Assembly: GCA_964016885.1 (NCBI GenBank)
Contig: OZ024746.1
Location: 8,680,001 to 8,744,000 of the forward strand
From: Eledone cirrhosa
Lineage: Eukaryota
DNA: 64,000 nucleotides
Reading direction: 5' to 3'
Positions 42,450 through 57,273 of the stretch are shown piece after piece. The translations under genes were made by a program, and so were the position numbers. The notes under the pieces were generated by a model. It searched no databases. It saw only the letters and a list, made by a program, of their open reading frames with translations, and was not told the origin of the DNA. Each line of letters begins with the position of its first letter. The stretch's first letter is position 1.

Positions 42450-43900
42450 AGAATCGCTTACTGACACTTCTCAGGTTTTTCTTATCTGTAGTAATCACCG
42501 CATTTGTAAGACATATATAACTTGCTGAATACATGAACTTGGATTCTATTGAAAATAAGAAACAATCATATTTGTGCACGATTGAGCTTTAAACGGAGAC
42601 ATCTTTTAAATTATTTAGTTTCCATCACTATCATCGTCGGAACAAATTGCTGTGTCTCGACTTAACCACCATGTTGGTCATTTGATTTGATCAAGTTGTT
42701 GGCTAATTCAATATATTTGTCAACTGCTAACCAATCAATAATATCTTTGTTCACGAGACTAGGCAATGTATTTTCTATAGTCGTTGTTTGTACTGTCTCC
42801 ATTATTTCTTTTATGCTCTATCTATCATTGAAACCCCGAGAATCAGCATCGTCGACATTAGAAATTCAACGGCCAAACACAAAGAAAGGTCATAATGTTT
42901 ATCATCCTCTCAACCGAGTGACAGGTTTAATAGACAGTCATGCAATAACAGACATTCATGTAATAACAGATGTAAAGAAGATGTCTTTAATAATTGTACA
43001 TTGACGTTGAAACGCAAACGAGAGATGTGACATTCGTTGGTATTTCTACTATTTGACATCATTGAGATTAACCGTATAGTTACCGAGAATTAAGTTAAAT
43101 CTAATGTCTAAAGATTTGCCCATATCATGAAAATTGGTGACCTGCAGGGACAGATTCCTGAGTAAACTTTCTTTAAGATATTCTTTATCCCTTTACGTAT
43201 TCTGTTGGTACCCCAAGAGACAGGCAAATGCCTTATATCCTACAAGGTTCTAGGAAAATAGAACTTACCAATTTGTAAAGGTTTTATACAGAAATGTTGA
43301 CACACATTTGTGTATTTAAAAACTGTCAATTGTTCTTATATTTCGAACCACTTGCATAAAATTCATTGGAACTAGCGAATGTTTTCGTTGGAAATCACTT
43401 TCAATAAATGTCTGTTTCATCGATGTTATATATTTGATTAGTGGTAGGATTATGTTTTATGATAAATTCATCAAATATCACTCTTTATCTTCAAGGCATC
43501 GTACTGGTTTTTTTTATAGGTTTACTGATTGCTTTTTGCCAGCAATCTCTAATTTTCTTATTCTTTGATATATCTTCAATCGGGTCAACCTATTATCCTC
43601 AAAACAAACGAAGGTTTCCAAATCTATTTTGTTCGTTTATATATTTAATTTTTGTTAGACTCATAGTTCTACATATAGTTATAACTTCCAATCACTTCAA
43701 TAAAAATCGCTTGCACAATATTGTATCTAAATTCTCACATTTTGGTTTATTAATATTTGCTATTTTATAGTTATACACGGAACATAAAGTAAAATATGCT
43801 TCAGTTCTTAATGTCGTATAAAGTCGATTTGATGTTCTGTTCTGTCATACTTATGCCTAGTACCATTTTGTTAATGGTATCTAGTTTATCAATAAACTTG
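42450..43900 (-). pseudogene. Decayed pogo/Tigger (Jerky-like) DNA transposase
   Basis: Collinear motifs with stops and frameshifts: DKLDTINKM..STLYDIK, KPKCENLDTIL, IRKLEIAGKKQS, QIYNIDETDIY*K*FPTKTFAS, IPTNVTSL, A*LSIKPVT..L*P, DIIDWLAVD. Confidence 0.85.
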
Positions 43901-45813
43901 GATTATAAACTCCTCTGCAGTAACATCAGCCACAACTAAATAATATGACAAGGAAAAGTATAAAACATTGCAGGCGCAGCGCCAAGCGTTTCATGTTATT
44001 TGACGTGCTGCCGGCAGCCATTTTTACGAGAATTTTTAAGTGTCGTTCACCTGCTTTTTCAGTTTTTCTGTAAGTCTTCATATTCGTAACATGGGAATTC
44101 TATAACAAACACTTTTTTTTATTATCTTTTCATAAATTCATAACAAGATGGAGAGGTTACAATTGAGAAATCTCATGGTATGTGAAAGCTATTGTTATGA
44201 ACTAAATAAAAAAATACAACTTACAGAAACAGAAACTTGGTTTTTCAACTGGATACTTTGTGAACCCTAGAAATTCTGAACGAAATAATCTTACCTTATT
44301 AAACAAATATAGAACATGCTCATCTAAAAATATAAAAACCGTTGGTGGACAAGAATGTTATTATGTAGAACAAAACAGATTTAGAGAAACAGTTATCGAG
44401 TTTCACGACAATTCTAGAAAGGTGAATGAAATGCGAATTTGGAACCCGTCCTTTATCTCAAATTCGAGACATGTTCATTTCAATGTTTTGTGAAATTTCA
44501 GAGCAATTGGGATTCTTTTGAAATTGCAAGTTGTCTATAGCAGAAGATCATGGACTGTCACAGCCTAACAATAAAGATAAACTATTAGAAATGCAGATTA
44601 TTATTGATTTGAAAGCTTGCTGTCATTGAAATGGAATTTTCTTTTATCATCCTATTCCTGAGTTGTCTGTACCTGGCAGCTTTCGAAATATATGTTTCAA
44701 TCGAACTATTATGGAGATAGTTACATTGCTTGTATCAACTATTTCTTACTGTTGCATCTATATCACTGCCTACGTTATCCTACAAAAAGGATTCCACAAT
44801 TCATTCAACTCGCTATATTCCACTTTCCATTTACCTAGATTATGTTTGCAGTGTTAATGTCAACAGACAACTGACAACATGTTTTAATACTGTGGCTTCC
44901 TTTATTGAAATACCGCATCACAAATCTCGTTGTATATGTATGAGGGTGTTGACCACAAATTTCGCTACCATTTGCAAAATGATTTATTTTTTTGATGCAG
45001 CAGGATCATCGTGTGGCTAAACAACTTTCTACTATCACAGACCTGCTATTGTGACATAGCAGACCTACTATTGGGACATATAAATAACAATATAGAGAAT
45101 GAGAAAATTATTAACAGCTACTTCTAAAAGCATTCATGAAGACAATCTTGAAGACAATCTACTAAGACTAATGGGGATCGAGCCAAAATCACTTCTATGG
45201 ATTCTGGGAAAGCCTTTATTTTAAAGCTTTACTAACGACGCTCTGTGTATGAAAGAAATGTGTTGATGGACGATAAGTATGTACATACATGCATACACAC
45301 ACATACATGCATACGTGTTATGATTATTCATCTCATATTTACCCACCATCGGATATGATGTGAGATGAAAAGAGGAGGAAGAAATAAGAACAAGAATTCA
45401 AATAGCTTATTCTCGTGAACGTAAGATTGCTGACAACGTTGTTTCAGAAGACAAGCATTATAAAAAACATATCAATGTGCTGAGTCATCTTATACCAGTC
45501 TACCATCCATCTTTTCATAATTACAACTTCCATTTCAATTGACTTTCACAATGGTAGTACTTAAATTGTAATGTCAATCAATGATTTATCTGCGCACGTG
45601 CAGTTGTAAGCTACTCTGTCAAGGACTACATAGGGTGCTGTAGATAAAGGGATAATGTTGAATAAAGTCACTGATATTGTATTCATTGCGTCTTCTAAGT
45701 ATTAGAAATTCTTAAGTTTTAAATCGTTTCGGTACTTAATTCAGGTAAATGTATTCTCTATATGATTTTGTACAAATTAAATTTCATCATGATTTGTCTT
45801 TCATTATTTACTA

Positions 45814-46392
45814 CGGTGGATTGGCAGTATCGGTAGAGGGTCGGACGCCATGCTTTCCAGCATAATTACGTCCCTTTACGATCTGAGTTCAAATCCCGCC
45901 GAGGTTGACTTTGCCTTTCATCCTTACGGGGTCGATAAAATAAAGTACCAGTAATGCACTGGGTAATTGCTGGCCTTGTGCCTAAAGTAGAAACAATTAT
46001 TTACTAGGGTCGGGCGCCATGCTTTGAATCATAGAGTTACCTCCCTCTATGATCTGAGTTCAAATCCCGCCGAGGTTAACTTTGCCTTTCATCCTTATGG
46101 GGTCGATAAAATAAAGTACCAGTAATGTACTGGGATAATTGCTGGTCTTGTGCCAAAAGTAGAAACAATTATTTACTATCCTTATTTATCGCCCTCAAAG
46201 GGCGGTGGATTGGCAGTATCAGTAGAGGGTCGGACACCATGCTTTGCAGCATAGAGTTACGGCCCTCTATGATCTGAGTTCAAATCCCGCCGAGGTTAAC
46301 TTTGCCTTTCATCCTTATGGGGTTGATAAAATAAAGTACCAGTAATGCACTGGAATAATTACTGGCCTTGTGCCAAAAGTAGAAACAGTTAT
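45814..46392 (+). mobile_element. Three head-to-tail SINE family 1 copies
   Basis: 45814-46002, 46007-46172 and 46200-46392; attatttacta recurs at junctions. Confidence 0.9.
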
Positions 46393-47635
46393 TTATCATC
46401 CTCATTAACAAGAACAACGACTGCTACCGACCAACGCGGGAATCGGCTCAGTTATAACTACTATAGACTTTGTTAGTCTGATCTAGCAGCCTGAATAAAA
46501 CTCCTTATAAGGTTAACCAACATATCTCCCCTATGGGTCCTTACAAGGGTTCCTCCACTCAAAATGGAACCAAACTGACACATATTTACATTTTTCAAAA
46601 TCCTATCCACAAATTACATAGAAACAATTTACAGAAGATCAAGTTGAACCTCAGCTGCATCGATTTCTATGGCGAAGGAGATTACTAGTAAAATATATCT
46701 TTATCGATGCCCCATCTCTGAATTGAGTTATTAAATAGATAATTATTTCACTTATAAACGCATAATAATGAAACTACAGTCTGCCTTAAAAAAATATATA
46801 TATTGGCAAAATATCTTTGATTCAAACTATACATATACATAAGTAAGCAGAAATATTTGCAAATATACATGTATATGCACTCCCTATCATACATCTTCAT
46901 GTAACAATATATATTAGAGAAATATTGTACATACACGAAGGTCGCCTCTCAAGGTTTCGCAGTAGAAATGCACACTAATATACACATATCTATACACAGA
47001 TATATCTCATTTACACAGACATACATAATATCCTGTTTCACACGTTTCATTCCCTCTTACTCCTTAACAGAATACAACAATTTGCTGTAGACATATTTCT
47101 CTCTAAATTATTGACACTGTTCACGTCATGTCAATATTGTCGAACAATTAATCAAAAGCTTGGTGCTGTTATGTTCAAGATCAGTAATAGTTATGCGTAT
47201 ATCTCTGCACTAGCTGGAAATCGATTGCTGCTCAGTTAATTCATGCTTAAACCCTCATAGATATGTGAAAGTGATTTCAATTTATAACTCTTCCCTGCAC
47301 CAGAATTGAACAAAGAGAAACAATATTGCTTAACGTATTTTATATTTTATATTTAGTTTCATTGCCACTTCATGTTTTATTATTTTTTTCTGTATTTATT
47401 TGATAAAGAGTAACATCCTGAAATTAATCGATACAATTTTGTTGTACTTTTGGATATTGACAGAGACTTGAAGAAATATTAGATTTTGACAGAAACCAAA
47501 CTAAAACGATATAGTGCATCCGATCTTGGAGATAGGAAGAAAGAGAAAACAAAGCAGATAAACAACAGAAAAAAAGGAATTAATATGGTGCGTAAATTTG
47601 ATCCTATTATGCGGCAGCAATCGAAAGCAACTTAC

Positions 47636-47886
47636 TTTGTTTGTGCTTTGATATCTGCCCATGTTAATCCCGACAGCTCGGTACAAAACTATGAAAGGAA
47701 AACCAATATCTGCTATTATAAAGCTGCATGTAACGGTATTATTTCCATTCAATATAATTATAATCTTACATATGAGTAACTTTAAATATTCGTTTGTTGC
47801 ATTCCACTTCAATTCAATGGAGACATTAAGCTGCAAGTCTTTCCTTCCGAAGAGAAAAAAAGCTATAAGAACATGCAGCGTTGAAG
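47636..47886 (-). CDS. Two candidate host exons (47770-47886 and 47636-47688), product unknown
   Basis: ttttccag|117 nt|gtaaga, 81-nt intron, tttcatag|53 nt|gtaagt. One frame stays open across the join (STLHVLIAFFLFG...LYRAVGINMG). No homology recognised. Confidence 0.25.
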
Positions 47887-48192
47887 CTGGAAACCGAATA
47901 CAAGAATAGTAATGACATCAGTGGGAATAAAGTGAATCATAGTTGTTTCGCCTTGGATACGTTGGTCAACAGTTTTATGTATTTACAGTGAGCAGAACAG
48001 CATTAATTAGGCAACATTTACAAATTTTGTTTATGACATCAAGCAACAAAAATAATATATTTTTCACGCAGAAATAATTCAACGAATTAAAATAAAATTT
48101 ATTAACTAAGTTTTATTAACTAAGTTCTTTGATAAAATAATTGTAACATTAGATGATTAACTACCACAAACACACACACACACATATATATA

Positions 48193-48288
<96 letters not shown>

Positions 48289-48942
48289 GTCTGGTTGTAA
48301 ATCATATATATATATTGATGTTGACATATTTACTGTTGTGTGGATTAAAGTAATCAGGAATTATCTTTAAAAAATTCACTTGCTAGAGGCTTTGTGGCTA
48401 GGCTATTGGGCTATATATATGTTTACATATTGTTATTAAGTGGATACTATGAATCGCAAATCAAACATTACAAATCCTCAAAAGTTGTATGTTATTTGTA
48501 TGTAAAAGTCACCTTTAATGTTTATCTCATAGCTGAGCGGGAAGAAAAAAATGAGAATAGTATTTTACAAGAAAGTAATTTACTAACAGGAATAATCTCA
48601 AATCAACATAGTTGAAAATCAGAACTGTGGCCATATAAAACTACCAACAATATCTTTCATCTTTAATAGCATATACATAAAGAAGATTCATTTGCCAAAA
48701 TATTTTAAAAACGTTTATTTATAAGATATTTATAAAATAGTTTAGCTTTAACCCATCAAGATCTTGTACCTATAACTTAGAAATATTATAGCCATGGAAC
48801 TTGCGATTGTATAAACTGTTATTTATAAGATATTTATAGAGTATTTTCAGTTTAACCCACCCAGACATTCCCTTTTTATAACGGTAGTACTTTAACTTGT
48901 CTCGTAACATCGGTAATAATATTTCTGATCTCACGAAATAAT

Positions 48943-51900
48943 AATTGTTTCTACTTTAAGCACAAGGCCAGCAATTTGAAGGGGAGGGGAAAATCGATAA
49001 TCGATTAAATCGACATAGATATTTACTGGTACCTTATTTTCTCGATCCGTAAGGATGGAAAGGAAAGCTTACTTCGGCGGGATTTTAACACATAACATAA
49101 AGGGCCGTAACTCTGTGCCACAAAGCGTGATGTCCAACGCTCTACGAACACTGTCAATCCACCGCCCTATCATATTAGATAATAATAGAACAATGTTTAG
49201 AAGAGAGAACACATAATGAACTGAATCAATACAAGGACATTAGGAATACTTAATTCCTCCATCGATAAATGATGAAAGACAAAATAAACTGCTGTGTAAT
49301 TTGAATACAGAAAATAATTAGATAGTGTAAGTTCTGGAGCTGCAATAATATGACATCATTTATCGTGGTTATCTTATTTTTATCTTATTTTTATCTTGTA
49401 AGGAAGTAATATACATATATCACAATCTAACTAAATCAGAAACAGTAGATTTGAAATCAAAGATGTAATACCAATCTCTGTACTATTTTTATATACTAAT
49501 GAAAACAATGATGATAAGTACTTATGTCAAATTCGAGTAGCCAAACTAGAACGAATAACATTAATTCATATTTATTATGTGATTTTTATCTTTATATTTT
49601 GGATACAAACAAACATGACATTGTAATGGTAATAGAAATCAATCGTCACCTGAAGAAGTCGACAATATAAACATTATGCAGCACCCCTTACAACGCTGGT
49701 GATGACTCTGATCATTGGTCAAATAGTATTATTATTGGTGGTGAATTGGCAGTATCGGTAGAGGGTCTGACGCCATGCTTTGCAGCAAAGAGTTACGACC
49801 CTTTATGGTCTGAGTTCAAATCCCGCCGAGGTTAACTTTGCCTTTCATACTTACGGGGTTGATAAAATAAAGTACCAGTAATACACTGGGATAATTGCTG
49901 GCCTTGTGCCAAAAGTAGAAACAATTATTATATCCTATGTCAGAAGACAAAGCAAAGACTAATATTTAAAACAATTCGGGAACTTCGACATGCTAGAAAA
50001 AATGCTAAACAATTCCCCGCAAACCCTGCCTTTCTATCTTCAAAACGAAAAAAGGATATATTTGTTTCTACTTTAGGCACAAGGCCAGCAATTACCCAGT
50101 GCATTACTGGTACTTTATTTTATCGACCCCGTAAGGATGAAAGGCAAAGTCAACCTCGGCGGGATTTGAACTCAGATCGTAAAGGGACATAACTATGCTG
50201 GAAAGCATGGCGTCCGACCCTCCACCGATACTGCCAATCCACCGAAAAAAGGATATATTGGATAATGTAGTCCTTAATCCACTATCTGAAAATAAGACGA
50301 GATGGTCATAACTGGATGGCTTTGATGATATAGAGTTGCTTGATCACAGTTCACTTTGTGCTAAACAACGGTAACATAAAAAATATATTTGCAAGTTCAA
50401 AGTAATGTAATCGCCTTTTTACATCTTAACTGAAATCCAGTCAACTCTGAGGTAACCACTTCATTAAACATTCAAAAGAATTGATTAATACGATCATTAA
50501 TGTATAATAAAAGCTTTCAGTGAAGGAAATCTCGAGGAATTTATACCTAGAAAACTGTCAAACACACAATAACAAGTGAATTTTATGTGTAAACTTAAAT
50601 GATTTTGTAGATTAAATAAATTTGAGACCTACTTTTCAGGCAACGTTGTGTGTTAAAACAAAACAAATATAAACAAGTCTCCAGGTTACAAAAGTGATTA
50701 ACTGAAAAGAAAGACAAGAGCCTTAGATCATAGGTTGAGAGATTTCTTTTGTCAAATACATCGATCAAGAGGATACATTACGACCAATTTAATAAACTAA
50801 ACTAAAATAGGCCAATAAACGATTGACAGATACAAATAGATATACATTGATTAAATGTTAAATCACTTCATCACTTGGCAATAACATCTAACATCAACAT
50901 AATAAATTGTCAGTGAACACCCACACACCTCCACACACTTATACACACACACAAGCCGATACATTTATATACATCCATTTTCCTATATATAGATACATAT
51001 ACATACATACACACACACACTTACTCTCATACATATTTTTCGTAGTATTACTTTATATTGATTTCTTTTAAGATTTAAAGGTTAGCATTTATAGATGGCT
51101 TTACAAATATTACGTTTTTCCATCATTCGTATTAGATTATATATCTTTAAAATATTTCGTCTATGTTGTCCAACAAATAATATCTTCCTGTTTATCATTC
51201 ATTACTTTATATAATTAAATGACAAATGAGCTGCTTTCTATTAAAATACATTAAAACTAGACATTTATTTGAAGTTATATAAGTGTCAACAAGTTCAAGG
51301 CAGCGTTTATTAAAATGACATTAGACTAATTAAGCGATGAGAAGGAAACGCTATATTAATTAATAATGATTTCTGATTTAGGCACATGATCAATTTTTTG
51401 TGGGGAGGGGAATAATCGATTTTCTGATTTAGGCTAAAGGCCAACAATTCTTTGGAGGAGGGGAAAGTCGATTAGATTGATCACTGTACTTTACTGGTAT
51501 ATTGTTTTATCGAACCCGTAAAGCTGAAAGACAAAGCTAACCTCAGCGGGATTTGAACTCGAAACGTAAAGAGCCGTAACTCTATTCTGAAAAACATGTT
51601 TTCCGACGCTCTACCGATACTACCAATCAAGGTCCTTCTGCTATATCAATTAATAATTGTTTCTACTTTTGGCACAAGGCCAGCAATTATACCAGTGTAT
51701 TACTGGTACTTTATTTTATCGACCCTGTAAGGATGAAAGGCAAAGTTAACCTCGGCGGGATTTGAACTCAGACCATAAAGGGCTGTAACTCTGTGTTGCA
51801 AAGCAAGGCGTCAGAGCCTCCTACCGATACTACCAATCCACCGCCCTTATATCAATTAATAATAAATAATATTCTGAATATATTCAATAATTATTAGGAT

Positions 51901-52125
51901 AAGTACGGGAGACATCTTCGGATATGTTTGAATGTTGGTGGATTGGCAGTATCGGTAGAGGGTCGGACGCCATGCGTTGCAGCATAGAGTTACGCCCCTT
52001 TACGGTCTGAGTTCAAATCCAACCGAGGTTAATTTTGCCTTTCATCCTTACGGGGTCGATAAAATAAAGTACCAGTAATGCACTGGGATAATTGCTGGCC
52101 TTGTGCTAAAAGTAGAAACCATTAT
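48943..52125. mobile_element. Cluster of six SINE family 1 copies
   Basis: 48943-49167(-), 49736-49928(+), 50062-50245(-, TSD cgaaaaaaggatatat), 51420-51628(-), 51655-51846(-), 51937-52125(+). Confidence 0.85.
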
Positions 52126-53576
52126 TAGCTCATCAGCTAAGTATAGACTTCACTGTACTTGCCGATATAGGGATGAAAGTGCTATATAAACTAGGACAAA
52201 ACTTGATGAAAATTAATACTTATATCGTCATGGAAACAAATAAATATTTCCTGGTCGAAGGATTATATTATGTATAACTGTTATGGTAAGGAAAGGAATC
52301 TGTCCAGTAATATTATTACTTAAAAATACTGAAATTATAATTTGTGTGATACAAGATACATCATCATCGTCATCATCATCATAATCATCATCATCATCAT
52401 CATCATAATCATCATCATCTTTATCATCATCATTATCATCGTCATCATAATCGTATTCTTCATCTTCATCTTCCAGAGAGCCGCCACAAATACCGCAAAG
52501 CATCTTATTCGAGTTACTAACAACTCTGTTACTTCACCGCCTTATCCATTTAATAGTGAATCCCTGAATCTTAGCCTGGTTATCCAGCCTAAAAATTGCC
52601 TGTTTGTGCACGTGCATAGAAGGTAAACATAACAGGATATATGTTGGTTGGCGAAAAAATATTGAATCGATTAGACTTGTCATCTCTGTGAAAAACGGTA
52701 ATTAAGTTAGTGCTAACATAATTAATGCTGAGAGAATTAAGAGTATAATTACAAATAAATATTCAGTAAAAACAAACAGGTACAGAGGATAACTCAGGAA
52801 ATGTTTCAATCTTATTATGACCTCATTAGCGAATGTGATGGATTAAATGTTAACAGGATTTGATGATATCGAACGGATATAATTATATTATGTACACATG
52901 TTTTCATTCCTCCATTTCTCTTCCACCTCATTAAACCACATATTTATAGCAGAATGCAAAAATACATATTTATCCCTGCCTTTTTATCAATAAATAGAGA
53001 TTTATAGTTTTGAAATGAAGTATGGATCACAATTATTTCTGGATGTAGTATAATTCAAATCATCTGAGTTTGCATTCGATCATCGTTTTCAAATATGAAT
53101 TTGTTCTTCGTTCAATTATACGTTTGACCAGAAAAAAGAGAAAAAGGATATTTAATTAAATATATCACTATTTTTGTAAAAGACTTCAACGTCAAGACAT
53201 TCATTAATCATTGCCTTCAAATTTAATAATTAATCTTACTTGTGTTCGATAAACAAGTCATATATTTTACGTCTTAATTATTAAATATACGATGGGTGGT
53301 GTATTAGTAGATTGTCGTTTGGTATATGCCTTGATACATAAAATTGGTTTTCATTACTTTCTGAGTCCAAGATCGTCTGAGGTCCAATACACTTTCATTT
53401 CCCCGGTTTTCGATCAAAATAAGTAACAGTAATTATACAGTGGAATCAATCTTACTTTGCTCCTTCCATAACTGGAACTGATTATATACAAGAATCCTTT
53501 CTATATGTAATTACGTTTTGATATCTATATAAGTTAATTTATCTTTATACATACTGATGCAGTAACACGCACAAAC

Positions 53577-53696
<120 letters not shown>

Positions 53697-54333
53697 GTAT
53701 CAGTTATACTGTACTATAGAATATATCTATAGATTTTAAACGAAAGCTGTATGAAATAGAGAGATCCTAAGGGCTGTTACAAATGACTGTTCTGTTGATT
53801 CTTCCAATACATGGCCCTTATATAGTTTTATATTGCTTACTTCAATATTAAAGGATAGCGGCATCATTACTGTTTATTAAGGCTTTTAATTTACATTGGG
53901 GTATATGTTTTAAGATTTATCCTGTGTGGTTGAAAGAATAGATTTAAATGATGTTGAGGATGGAGTAATGAAGTTTATTTGTGAGATATAGCAATAGAAA
54001 GAATTGCCAACATTATTATATTCGTGATAAATACTTTCTGATTTAGGCACAAGGCCAACAGTTTTGGGGAGACGGGGAGTCGATTAAACCGACTCCAGTG
54101 GATGAAAGACAAATCTGACCTCGACAGGATTTGAACTCAGAATGTAAAGGGTCGTAACTATATGCCACAAAGCATGTTGTCAGGCGCTCTACCGATACTG
54201 CCAATAAAATATTATTCGGTGAAATCAGTTTAGAAAATGAGTTTTGCAGGAGTTGTGATGTTGTGTAATGATAATAAACTCCTGGAAATTGAAATAATTG
54301 AATAGCAGGAGTAACGACGATCAACCTGTATTG

Positions 54334-54586
54334 TGTGTGTGTGTGACAGCTCACACCTATGCAGGTTTAGCTGGCCTCCTCCAAGCTATATCTCGTTGGA
54401 AGTGTCTTGGGTAATTTAATGATAGGGACCCCAGTCCTATCATCTCATTTCTACAGCTGAGTAAACTGGAGCAACGTGAAATACAGTGTCTTGCTCAAGG
54501 AAACAACACATCACCCGGTCTGAGAATTGAACTCTCAACCTTTCGATTGCAAGCCCAATGCTCTAACCACTAAGCCATGCGCCTTC
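54334..54586 (-). mobile_element. SINE family 2 with 14-bp TSD
   Basis: TSD atcaacctgtattg at 54320 and 54587. Confidence 0.9.
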
Positions 54587-55055
54587 ATCAACCTGTATTG
54601 GCTGATTGTTATGGACTTACCCTCCATGTCAGGCTTCATCAGAGTTATGACAAAGGTATTCCAGCCATGACGATCTTTTCTTTTTGTATTTGGCGCAACT
54701 AAAACCCATCGTATCATTCTTTCATTTTTAACACAAGATGGAATTTGACAGAAATATGGCTCCTATTTTCTCGCACGTTGAACTTATAAGTAGATGTTCA
54801 CTCGTTAACTTGTAAGTTTTGGTTAAGTTTGATGACTGATTGTTGTTGCTAATCTTTTGAGAGACAGTCTGCCGATGTGTTGACAGATTAAATGAATTTT
54901 CTGATGGCTGAAGCCGAAATCACTTTCATACATTAAACCATAAATTTTAATTTTCATTCTACAATTGCAAATATATACTTCATATTGAATATTTCTCTGA
55001 CTGACCTATTGGGTTAAGCTCTTTAATAAAAAAAACATCACGTATGTCACAAATT

Positions 55056-55090
<35 letters not shown>

Positions 55091-55093
<3 letters not shown>

Positions 55094-55622
55094 ATAATAA
55101 TAAAATTGAAGACTAAAATCCAAAGAGGGCTCGATAAGGAAAATATATATCAAATATATAAGAACCGTAGAGCAAATATTTATTAAAATAACAGATTAAA
55201 GTTTAAGCAAAGAATCGCTGCTTTCACCCTTAACGGGATCTTCTGAAACTAACAAAGTCAATCTGTAAACGCAGAACTGGATATTTAAAAAAACGTTGCA
55301 ACCGGAGGAAGACAGGAAGACGATACTTTGGTTCGTGGTAACGTTCCCTGGCAAAGAACGGGAAAAAACGAATATAATACGTCATTAATAGGAGCTGTGA
55401 AAAACAATTACGCGCAAAGACAAAACCACGTTTATATATATATATATAAGAACCGTAGAGCAAATATTTATTAAAATAACAGATTAAAGTTTAAGCAAAG
55501 AATCGTTGCTTTCACCCTTAACGGGATCTTCTGAAACTAGCAAAGTCAATCTGTAAACGCAGATTGACTTTGCTAGTTTCAGAAGATCCCGTTAAGGGTG
55601 AAAGCAGCGATTCTTTGCTTAA
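55091..55622 (-). mobile_element. Penelope-like terminus with tandem plus inverted repeats (CAGAAGA family)
   Basis: Direct repeat ~55155-55273 / ~55443-55563, then inverted 55564-55622. Fragments of the same family at 15951-16080 and 23171-23266, all in (TA)n. Confidence 0.7.
55200..55250 (-). ncRNA. Variant hammerhead ribozyme with CAGAAGA core
   Basis: Minus strand: agttt-CAGAAGA-t ccc gttaa ggg t-GAAA-gca(gcgattctt)tgc-TT-aaact. Same core at 55488-55538(-), 55575-55622(+, truncated) and 15976-16026(-). Confidence 0.65.
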
Positions 55623-55952
55623 TATATATATATATATATATATGTAGGAGGTGAGTTTTATTGTAGTACAATAAAGCAATGCAGATATCGGATAAGAAGC
55701 ACTCTACAGTTTGTAGGACTGGAGTATACATAATATAAGATCAAAAGATGGTTAAAGGAGTTCCATGTATTTTATTATGCGCATTTCAAAAAACAAACAT
55801 CATCATGCAATAATATTTGTGTTTTCATCAGATAAAACAGGAGAACATAATATGAAGGCTAAAAAACACTTGTGGATAGTGCAGTTGTGATATGTTGATT
55901 TAAAACTGCACTATCCACAAGTGTTTTTTAGCCTTCATATCATGTTCTCCTG

Positions 55953-56019
55953 TTTTATCTGATGAAAACACAAATATTATTGCATGATGATGTTTGTTTT
56001 TGAAATGCGCATAATAAAA
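55953..56019 (+). ncRNA. Type I hammerhead ribozyme with long stem II
   Basis: ttttat-CTGATGA-aaacacaaatattattgcatgatgatgtttgttttt-GAAA-tgcgca-TA-ataaaa. Palindromic stem III. Inverted copy at 55770-55837. Confidence 0.8.
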
Positions 56020-56051
56020 TACATGGAACTCCTTTAACCATCTTTTGATCT

Positions 56052-56131
<80 letters not shown>

Positions 56132-56190
56132 GCGCGTTTGTGTGTATGTATATATATGTATATCTATATCTATATCTATCTATCTATCTA

Positions 56191-56245
<55 letters not shown>

Positions 56246-56447
56246 ATAAATGTAATCGGAGTTTTTCGAATATTAATAATTGTTTCTACTTTAGGCACAA
56301 GGCCAGCAATTATCCCAGTGCATTACTGGTACTTTATTTTATCGACCCCGTAAACCTCGGCGGGATTTGTAACATTCGATTCGTTTGCAAGTCTCATTTT
56401 TATATAAAAATGAGGCTTGTTTGCATAATTGCGAAAATTTCCTTTAT

Positions 56448-56480
<33 letters not shown>

Positions 56481-56486
56481 CACACG

Positions 56487-56559
<73 letters not shown>

Positions 56560-56822
56560 AAGGAGTATAACGTGGAGTTACTGTAGGTTCACCCGGCTGA
56601 GCACTCGATGTTTAGGTTCACTTCTGTATCGAGGTGTAGAGCTAGGCAGAGTGTATTATAATAAAATAAAACAAGGACGAGAGGTTACTCCTTCATTACG
56701 TTTATTGGTTGGTGACGCGCGTTTCGCCACTGATCAGCTCAAGGTTCGATCTGTATCGATCTAGCCCAACTCTGTAATCCACGGCTCGTCAGACCCCTTA
56801 TAATATCATTACCATTATAAGA

Positions 56823-56907
56823 GGTCTGACGAGCCATGGATTACAGAGTCGGGTTAGATCGATACAGATCGAACCTTGAGCTGATCAGTGGCGAAACGCG
56901 CGTCACC
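56823..56907 (+). ncRNA. Type I hammerhead ribozyme with ~50-nt stem II insert
   Basis: ggt-CTGACGA-gcca...tggc-GAAA-cgcgcg-TC-acc, followed by AATAAA at 56912. Inverted copy at 56711-56795. Confidence 0.8.
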
Positions 56908-56976
56908 AACCAATAAACGTAATGAAGGAGTAACCACACGTCCTTGTTTTATTTTACTATATATATATATATATAA

Positions 56977-57273
<297 letters not shown>

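Noticed and set aside
52228-52503. Acidic poly-D ORF
   Set aside because: Derived from an (ATC)n microsatellite; no supporting splice or domain signal.
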